This document shows positions 54,501 to 64,000 of a DNA stretch of 64,000 nt, in pieces (the stretch's first letter is position 1; each line of letters begins with the position of its first letter). The DNA is from Eledone cirrhosa (taxonomy: Eukaryota): positions 259,160,001 through 259,224,000 of the forward strand of contig OZ024741.1 in the NCBI GenBank assembly GCA_964016885.1, in the 5' to 3' direction. The notes under the pieces are model-generated. The model did no database searches. It saw only the letters and a list, made by a program, of their open reading frames with translations, and was not told the DNA's origin. Made by a program: the position numbers and the translations under genes.

Positions 54501-57500
54501 CGTAAGTCGGAACACTCGTAAGTCGAAACACTCGTAAGTCGGAACACTCGTAAGTCGGAACACTCGTAAGTCAGAACACTCGTAGGTCAGAACACTCGTA
54601 AGTCAGAACACTCGTAAGTCAGAACACTCGTATCGAAACACTCGTATGTCAAAACACCCGTAAGTCAAAACACTCGTAAGTCGAAACACTCGTAAGTCGA
54701 AACATTCGTATGTCGAAACATCCGTAAATCAGAACACTCGTAAGTCGAAACACTCGTAAGTCGAAACACTCGTAAGCCGAAACACTCGTAAGTCGAAGCA
54801 CTCGTATCGAAACACTCGTAAGTCGAAACACCCTTAAGTCAAAACACTCGTAAGCCAAAACACTCGTAAGTCGAAACACTCGTAAGTCGGAACACTCGTA
54901 AGTCAGAACACTCGTAAGTCAGAACACTCGTAAGTGGAAACACGCGTAAGTCGAAACACTCATAAGTCGAAACACTCGTAAGTCGAAACACCCGTAAGTC
55001 GAAACACCCGTAAGTCGAAACACTCGTATGTCGAATAACTCGTAAGCCGAAACACCGTAAGTCAAAACACTCGTAAGTCGAAACACTCGTAAGTCGAAAC
55101 ACCCATAAGCCGAAACACTCGTAAGCCAAAACATTCGTAAGTCGAAACACTCGTAAACCGAAACACTCGTAAGCCAAAACATTCGTAAGTCGAAACACTC
55201 GTAAGTCGAAACACCCATAGCCGAAACACTCGTAAGTCTGAACACACGTAAGTCAGAACAGCCGTAAGTCAGAACACTCGTAAGTCAGAACACTCGTAAG
55301 CCAGAACACTCGTAAGTCAGAGCACTCGTATCGAAACACTCGTATGTCAAAACACCCGTAAGTCAAAACACTCGTAAGTCGAAACACTCGTAAGTCGAAA
55401 CACTCGTATGTCGAAACATCCGTAAATCAGAACACTCGTAAGTCGAAACACTCGTAAGTCGAAACACTCGTAAGCCGAAACACTCGTAAGTCGAAGCACT
55501 CGTATCGAAACACTCGTATGTCAAAACACCCGTAAGTCAAAACACTCGTAAGTCGAAACACTCGTAAGTCGAAACACTCGTATGTCGAAACATCCGTAAA
55601 TCAGAACACTCGTAAGTCAAAACACTCGTAAGTCGAAACACTCGTAAGCCGAAACACCGTAAGTCGAAACACCCGTATGTCGAAACACTCGTAAGCCGAA
55701 ACACTCGTAAGTCGAAACACTCGTAGTCGAAACACTCGTAAGTCGAAACACCCGTAAGTCGAAACACTCGTAAGTCGAAACACTCGTAAGCCGAAACACT
55801 CGTAAGTCGAAACACTCATAAGCCGAAACACTCGTAAGTCGAAACACTCGTAAGTCAGAACACTCGTAGTCAGAACACTCGTAAGTCAAACCACTCGTAA
55901 GCCGAAACACTCGTAAGTCGAAACACTCGTAAGTCGAAACACTCGTAAGTCGAAAAACTCGTAAGCCGGAACACTCGTAAGTCAGAACACTCGTAAGTCA
56001 GAACACTCGTAAGTCGAAACACTCGTAAGCCGAAACACCCGTAAGTCGAAACATTCGTAAGTCGAAACACCCGTAAGTCGAAACACTCGTAAGTCGAAAC
56101 ACTCGTAAGTCGAAACACCGTAAGTCAAAACACTCGTATGTCGAAACATCCGTAAATCAGAACACTCCTAAGTCAAAACACTCGTAAGTCGAAACACTCG
56201 TAAGTCAAAAATACTCGTAAGTCGAAACACCCTTAAGTAAAAACACTCGTAAGTCGAAACACTCGTAAGCCGAAACACCCGTCAGTTAAAACACCCGTAA
56301 GTCGAAACACTCGTAAGTCAAAACTCTCGTACGCCGAAACACTCGTAAGTAAAAACATTAGTAAGTCGAAACACTCGTAAGCCGAAACACTCATAAGTCG
56401 AAACACTCGTAAGCCGAAACACCCGTAAGTCAAAACATTCGTAAGTCAAAACACTCGTAAGTCGAAACACCCGTAAGTCGAAACACTCGTATGTCGAAAC
56501 ACTCGTAAGCCGAAACACCGTAAGTAAAAATACTCGTAAGTCGAAACACCCACAAGTCGAAACACTCGTAAGCCGAAACACTCGTAAGTCGAAACACTCA
56601 TAAGCCGAAACACTCGTAAGTCGGAACACTCGTAAATCAGAACACCCGCAAGTCAGAACACTCGTAAATCAGAACACTCTTAAGTCGAAACTCACGTACG
56701 CCGAAACACTCGTAAGTCGAAACACTCGTAAGTCGAAACATCCTTAAGTCGAAACACTCGTACACCGAAACACTCGTAAGTATAAACATTAGTAAGTCGA
56801 AACACTCGTATGTCGAAACACTCGTAAACCGAAACACTCGTAAGTCGGAACACTCGTAAGTCAGAACACTCGTAAGTCAGAACACTCGTAAGTCGAAACA
56901 CTCATAAGTCGAAACACTCGTAAGTCGAAACACCCGTAAGTCGAAACACCCGTAAGTCGAAACACTCGTATGTCGAATAACTCGTAAGCCGAAACACCGT
57001 AAGTCAAAACACTCGTAAGTCGAAACACTCGTAAACCGAAACACTCGTAAGCCAAAACATTCGTAAGTCTAAACACTCGTAAGTCGAAACACCCATAGCC
57101 GAAACACTTGTAAGTCTGAACACACGTAAGTCAGAACACCCGTAAGTCAGAACACTCGTAAGTCAGAACACTCGTAAGTCAGAACACTCGTAAGTCAGAG
57201 CACTCGTATCGAAACACTCGTATGTCAAAACACCCGTAAGTCAAAACACTCGTAAGTCGAAACACTCGTAAGCCGAAACACCGTAAGCCAAAACACTCGT
57301 AAGTCGAAACATCCGTAAGTCGGAACACTCGTAAGTCGAAACACTCGTAAGTCGGAACACTCGTAAGTCGGAACACTCGTAAGTCAGAACACTCGTAAGT
57401 CAGAACACTCGTAAGTCAGAACACTCGTAAGTCAGAACACTCGTATCGAAACACTCGTATGTCAAAACACCCGTAAGTCAAAACACTCGTAAGTCGAAAC

Positions 57501-60500
57501 ACTCGTAAGTCGAAACATTCGTATGTCGAAACATCCGTAAATCAGAACACTCGTAAGTCGAAACACTCGTAAGTCGAAACACTCGTAAGCCGAAACACTC
57601 GTAAGTCGAAGCACTCGTATCGAAACACTCGTAAGTCGAAACACCCTTAAGTCAAAACACTCGTAAGCCAAAACACTCGTAAGTCGAAACACTCGTAAGT
57701 CGGAACACTCGTAAGTCAGAACACTCGTAAGTCAGAACACTCGTAAGTGGAAACACGCGTAAGTCGAAACACTCATAAGTCGAAACACTCGTAAGTCGAA
57801 ACACCCGTAAGTCGAAACACCCGTAAGTCGAAACACTCGTATGTCGAATAACTCGTAAGCCGAAACACCGTAAGTCAAAACACTCGTAAGTCGAAACACT
57901 CGTAAGTCGAAACACCCATAAGCCGAAACACTCGTAAGCCAAAACATTCGTAAGTCGAAACACTCGTAAACCGAAACACTCGTAAGCCAAAACATTCGTA
58001 AGTCGAAACACTCGTAAGTCGAAACACCCATAGCCGAAACACTCGTAAGTCTGAACACACGTAAGTCAGAACAGCCGTAAGTCAGAACACTCGTAAGTCA
58101 GAACACTCGTAAGCCAGAACACTCGTAAGTCAGAGCACTCGTATCGAAACACTCGTATGTCAAAACACCCGTAAGTCAAAACACTCGTAAGTCGAAACAC
58201 TCGTAAGTCGAAACACTCGTATGTCGAAACATCCGTAAATCAGAACACTCGTAAGTCGAAACACTCGTAAGTCGAAACACTCGTAAGCCGAAACACTCGT
58301 AAGTCGAAGCACTCGTATCGAAACACTCGTAAGTCGAAACACCCTTAAGTCAAAACACTCGTAAGCCAAAACACTCGTAAGTCGAAACACTCGTAAGTCG
58401 GAACACTCGTAAGTCAGAACACTCGTAAGTCAGAACACTCGTAAGTGGAAACACGCGTAAGTCGAAAGACCCGTAAGTCAAAAATCTCGTAAGTCAAAAC
58501 ACTCGTAAGCCGAAACACTCGTAAGTCGAAACACTCGTAAGTCGAAACACCCGTAAGTCGGAACACTCGTAAGTCAGAATACTCGTAAGTCAAAACACTC
58601 GTAAACCGGAACACCCGTAAGGCAAAACATTCGCATGTCAAAACACTCGTAAGTCGAAACACTCGTAAGCCGAAACACTCGTAAGTCGAAACACTCGTAA
58701 GTCGAAACACTCGTAAGTCGAAACACTCGTAAGTCAGTGCACCCGTAAGTCAGAACACTCGTAGTCAGAATACTCGTAAGTCGAAACACTCGTATGTCGA
58801 AACACCCGTAAGTCGAAACATCCGTAAGTCAAAACACTCGTATGTCGAAACACTCGTAAGCCGAAACACTCATAAGTCGAAACACTCGTAAGCCGAAACA
58901 CCCGTAAGTCAAAACATTCGTAAGTCAAAACACTCGTAAGTCGAAACACCCGTAAGTCAAAACACTCGTATGTCGAAACACTCGTAAGCCGAAACAACGT
59001 AAGTAAAAACACTCGTAAGTCGAAACACCCATAAGTCGAAACACTCGTAAGCCGAAACACTCGTAAGTCGAAACACTCATAAGCCGAAACACTCGTAAGT
59101 CGGAACACTCGTAAATCAGAACACCCGCAAGTCAGAACACTCGTAAATCAGAACACTCTTAAGTCGAAACTCACGTACGCTGAAACACTCGTAAGTCGAA
59201 ACACTCGTAAGTCGAAACATCCTTAAGTCGAAACACTCGTACACCGAAACACTCGTAAGTATAAACATTAGTAAGTCGAAACACTCGTAAGCCGAAACAC
59301 TCGTAAGTCGAAACACCCGTAAATCGAAACACCCGTAAGTCAAAACACTCGTATGTCGAAACACTCGTAAACCGAAACACTCGTAAGTCGGAACACTCGT
59401 AAGTCAGAACACTCGTAAGTCAGAACACTCGTAAGTCGAAACACTCATAAGTCGAAACACTCGTAAGTCGAAACACCCGTAAGTCGAAACCCCCGTAAGT
59501 CGAAACACTCGTATGTCGAATAACTCGTAAGCTGAAACACCGTAAGTCAAAACACTCGTAAGTCAAAACACTCGTAAGTCGAAACACCCATAAGCCGAAA
59601 CACTCGTAAGCCAAAACATTCGTAAGTCGAAACACTCGTAAGCCGAAACACTCGTAAGCCGAAACACTCGTAAGTCGGAACACTCGTAAGTCGGAACACT
59701 CGTAAGTCAGAACACTCGTAAGTCAGAACACTCGTAAGTCAGAACACTCGTAAGTCGAAACACTCGTATCGAAACACTCGTATGTCAAAACACCAGTAAG
59801 TCGAAACACTCGTATCGAAACACTCGTATGTCAAAACACCAGTAAGTCAAAACACTCGTAAGTCGAAACACTCGTAAGCCGAAACACCGTAAGTCGAAAC
59901 ACCCGTATGTCGAAACACTCGTAAGCCGAAACACTCGTAAGTCGAAACACTCGTAGTCGAAACACTCGTAAGTCGAAACACCCGTAAGTCGAAACACTCG
60001 TAAGTCGAAACACTCGTAAGCCGAAACACTCGTAAGTCGAAACACTCATAAGCCGAAACACTCGTAAGTCGAAACACTCGTAAGTCAGAACACTCGTAGT
60101 CAGAACACTCGTAAGTCAAACCACTCGTAAGCCGAAACACTCGTAAGTCGAAACACTCGTAAGTCGAAACACTCGTAAGTCGAAAAACTCGTAAGCCGGA
60201 ACACTCGTAAGTCAGAACACTCGTAAGTCAGAACACTCGTAAGTCGAAACACTCGTAAGCCGAAACACCCGTAAGTCGAAACATTCGTAAGTCGAAACAC
60301 CCGTAAGTCGAAACACTCGTAAGTCGAAACACTCGTAAGTCGAAACACCGTAAGTCAAAACACTCGTATGTCGAAACATCCGTAAATCAGAACACTCCTA
60401 AGTCAAAACACTCGTAAGTCGAAACACTCGTAAGTCAAAAATACTCGTAAGTCGAAACACCCTTAAGTAAAAACACTCGTAAGTCGAAACACTCGTAAGC

Positions 60501-63500
60501 CGAAACACCCGTCAGTTAAAACACCCGTAAGTCGAAACACTCGTAAGTCAAAACTCTCGTACGCCAAAACACTCGTAAGTAAAAACATTAGTAAGTCGAA
60601 ACACTCGTAAGCCGAAACACTCATGAGTCGAAACACTCGTAAGCCGAAACACCCGTAAGTCAAAACATTCGTAAGTCAAAACACTCGTATGTCGAAACAC
60701 TCGTAAGCCGAAACACCGTAAGTAAAAACACTCGTAAGTCGAAACACCCACAAGTCGAAACACTCGTAAGCCGAAACACTCGTAAGTCGAAACACTCATA
60801 AGCCGAAACACTCGTAAGTCGGAACACTCGTAAATCAGAACACCCGCAAGTCAGAACACTCGTATCGAAACACTCGTATGTCAAAACACCCGTAAGTCAA
60901 AACACTCGTAAGTCGAAACACTCGTAAGCCGAAACACCGTAAGTAAAAAAACTCGTAAGTCGAAATACTCGTAAGTCGAAACACTCGTAAGCCGAAACAA
61001 TCGTAATTCAAAACACTCGTAAGTCGAAACACTCGTAAGCCGAAACAATCGTAAGTCGAAACACTCGTAAGCCGAAAATACTCGTAAGTCGGAACACCCG
61101 TAAGCCGAAACACTCGTATGTCGAAACACTCGTAAGCCGAAACAACATAAGTAAAAACACTCGTAAGTCGAAACACCCATAAGTCGAAACACTCGTAAGC
61201 CGAAACACTCGTAAGTCGAAACACTCATAAGCCGAAACACTCGTAAGTCGGAACACTCGTAAATCAGAACACCCGCAAGTCAGAACACTCGTAAATCAGA
61301 ACACTCTTAAGTCGAAACTCACGTACGCCGAAACACTCGTAAGTCGAAACACTCGTAAGTCGAAACATCCTTAAGTCGAAACACTCGTACACCGAAACAC
61401 TCGTAAGTATAAACATTAGTAAGTCGAAACACTCGTATGTCGAAACACTCGTAAACCGAAACACTCGTAAGTCGGAACACTCGTAAGTCAGAACACTCGT
61501 AAGTCAGAACACTCGTAAGTCGAAACACTCATAAGTCGAAACACTCGTAAGTCGAAACACCCGTAAGTCGAAACACCCGTAAGTCGAAACACTCGTATGT
61601 CGAATAACTCGTAAGCCGAAACACCGTAAGTCAAAACACTCGTAAGTCGAAACACTCGTAAGTCGAAACACCCATAAGCCGAAACATTCGTAAGCCAAAA
61701 CATTCGTAAGTCGAAACACTCGTAAACCGAAACACTCGTAAGCAAAAACATTCGTAAGTCTAAACACTCGTAAGTCGAAACACCCATAGCCGAAACACTT
61801 GTAAGTCTGAACACACGTAAGTCAGAACACCCGTAAGTCAGAACACTCGTAAGTCAGAACACTCGTAAGTCAGAACACTCGTAAGTCAGAGCACTCGTAT
61901 CGAAACACTCGTATGTCAAAACACCCGTAAGTCAAAACACTCGTAAGTCGAAACACTCGTAAGCCGAAACACCGTAAGCCAAAACACTCGTAAGTCGAAA
62001 CATCCGTAAGTCGGAACACTCGTAAGTCGAAACACTCGTAAGTCGAAACACTCGTAAGCCGAAACACTCGTAAGCCGAAACACTCGTAAGTCGGAACACT
62101 CGTAAGTCGGAACACTCGTAAGTCAGAACACTCGTAAGTCAGAACACTCGTAAGTCAGAACACTCGTAAGTCAGAACACTCGTAAGTCGAAACACTCGTA
62201 TCGAAACACTCGTATGTCAAAACACCCGTAAGTCAAAACACTCGTAAGTCGAAACACTCGTAAGTCGAAACATTCGTATGTCGAAACATCCGTAAATCAG
62301 AACACTCGTAAGTCGAAACACTCGTAAGTCGAAACACTCGTAAGCCGAAACACTCGTAAGTCGAAGCACTCGTATCGAAACACTCGTAAGTCGAAACACC
62401 CTTAAGTCAAAACACTCGTAAGCCAAAACACTCGTAAGTCGAAACACTCGTAAGTCGGAACACTCGTAAGTCAGAACACTCGTAAGTCAGAACACTCGTA
62501 AGTGGAAACACGCGTAAGTCGAAACACTCATAAGTCGAAACACTCGTAAGTCGAAACACCCGTAAGTCGAAACACCCGTAAGTCGAAACACTCGTATGTC
62601 GAATAACTCGTAAGCCGAAACACCGTAAGTCAAAACACTCGTAAGTCGAAACACTCGTAAGTCGAAACACCCATAAGCCGAAACACTCGTAAGCCAAAAC
62701 ATTCGTAAGTCGAAACACTCGTAAACCGAAACACTCGTAAGCCAAAACATTCGTAAGTCGAAACACTCGTAAGTCGAAACACCCATAGCCGAAACACTCG
62801 TAAGTCTGAACACACGTAAGTCAGAACAGCCGTAAGTCAGAACACTCGTAAGTCAGAACACTCGTAAGTCAGAACACTCGTAAGTCAGAGCACTCGTATC
62901 GAAACACTCGTATGTCAAAACACCCGTAAGTCAAAACACTCGTAAGTCGAAACACTCGTAAGTCGAAACACTCGTATGTCGAAACATCCGTAAATCAGAA
63001 CACTCGTAAGTCGAAACACTCGTAAGTCGAAACACTCGTAAGCCGAAACACTCGTAAGTCGAAGCACTCGTATCGAAACACTCGTAAGTCGAAACACCCT
63101 TAAGTCAAAACACTCGTAAGCCAAAACACTCGTAAGTCGAAACACTCGTAAGTCGGAACACTCGTAAGTCAGAACACTCGTAAGTCAGAACACTCGTAAG
63201 TGGAAACACGCGTAAGTCGAAAGACCCGTAAGTCAAAAATCTCGTAAGTCAAAACACTCGTAAGCCGAAACACTCGTAAGTCGAAACACTCGTAAGTCGA
63301 AACACCCGTAAGTCGGAACACTCGTAAGTCAGAATACTCGTAAGTCAAAACACTCGTAAACCGGAACACCCGTAAGGCAAAACATTCGCATGTCAAAACA
63401 CTCGTAAGTCGAAACACTCGTAAGCCGAAACACTCGTAAGTCGAAACACTCGTAAGTCGAAACACTCGTAAGTCGAAACACTCGTAAGTCAGTGCACCCG

Positions 63501-64000
63501 TAAGTCAGAACACTCGTAGTCAGAATACTCGTAAGTCGAAACACTCGTATGTCGAAACACCCGTAAGTCGAAACATCCGTAAGTCAAAACACTCGTATGT
63601 CGAAACACTCGTAAGCCGAAACACTCATAAGTCGAAACACTCGTAAGCCGAAACACCCGTAAGTCAAAACATTCGTAAGTCAAAACACTCGTAAGTCGAA
63701 ACACCCGTAAGTCAAAACACTCGTATGTCGAAACACTCGTAAGCCGAAACAACGTAAGTAAAAACACTCGTAAGTCGAAACACCCATAAGTCGAAACACT
63801 CGTAAGCCGAAACACTCGTAAGTCGAAACACTCATAAGCCGAAACACTCGTAAGTCGGAACACTCGTAAATCAGAACACCCGCAAGTCAGAACACTCGTA
63901 AATCAGAACACTCTTAAGTCGAAACTCACGTACGCTGAAACACTCGTAAGTCGAAACACTCGTAAGTCGAAACATCCTTAAGTCGAAACACTCGTACACC
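49143..64000. repeat. Spacer-free domain of the same satellite with a different HOR (about 4.2-4.8 kb units)
   Basis: No 70-bp spacer occurs after 49142. The private marker gtcagtgcacccg lies at ~51722, ~58733 and ~63490 (ORF offsets 7,011 = 4,198+2,813, and 4,755). New variants include gtcagttaaaac, gtcaaaccactc and ggcaaaacattcgcatg. Confidence 0.9.
52799..58331. repeat. Near-tandem duplication at offset 2,813 (52799-55518 and 55612-58331)
   Basis: ORFs 52804/55617, 53420/56233, 54048/56861 and 55062/57875 are all offset by 2,813. The private variant gccagaacac is at ~55300/~58113. Confidence 0.9.

Larger units (their letters stand above)
1..64000. repeat. 16-bp tandem satellite array, consensus CGTAAGTCGAAACACT (reverse complement AGTGTTTCGACTTACG), about 3,800 monomers, all in one orientation
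   Basis: Directly visible on every line. Main variants are gtcGAaac, gtcAGaac, gtcAAaac, gtcGGaac and gCcgaaac, plus occasional 14-15 bp monomers (cgtatcgaaac, caccgtaag, cgtagtc). No flanking unique DNA at either end. Copy number estimated as (64000 - 41x70)/16. Confidence 0.99.

Noticed and set aside
240-63863. The many minus-strand ORFs of 61-194 aa as protein-coding genes
   Set aside because: All are translations of the satellite. They overlap in several frames with the same peptide, many begin at alternative start codons within monomers, and their ends are set by monomer variants that create TGA.
1-64000. Telomerase-synthesised telomeric repeat
   Set aside because: There is no G-run-rich strand, and the array has inherited kb-scale HORs, interspersed spacers and a length above 64 kb, which point to recombinational amplification.
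1-64000. Giant ORF under a TGA-recoding genetic code
   Set aside because: Minus-strand TAA/TAG from cttaag, gttag and the spacer still interrupt frames regularly, and no codon-position constraint is apparent.
1-64000. Intrinsically curved, phased A-tract DNA
   Set aside because: A-tracts are only 3-4 nt and recur every 16 bp (~1.5 helical turns), so bends would cancel rather than add.

Overview
The whole 64 kb window is one uninterrupted, single-orientation tandem satellite array built on a 16-bp monomer (consensus CGTAAGTCGAAACACT, roughly 3,800 copies). It runs off both window ends. I find no credible genes, RNA genes, transposases or CRISPR arrays. All listed ORFs are minus-strand read-throughs of the stop-free reverse complement of the monomer, giving the cyclic peptide LTSVSTYECFDLRVFR. 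The array is strongly hierarchical: 16-bp monomer, ordered ~220-300 bp variant cycles, ~0.8-1.2 kb segments punctuated by a conserved 70-bp AT-rich non-monomer spacer (41 copies, 502-49142, two alternating types A/B), a ~2.07 kb A+B higher-order repeat (HOR), and a ~12.1 kb super-HOR in about three copies, the first expanded by a 3,895-bp tandem duplication. After ~49.1 kb the spacer disappears and a second domain with ~4.2-4.8 kb units and a 2,813-bp duplication takes over. The organisation resembles eukaryotic satellite or heterochromatic (possibly centromeric) DNA, but organism and function cannot be determined from the sequence alone. Coordinates and offsets were read by eye and from the ORF track, not computed by alignment.
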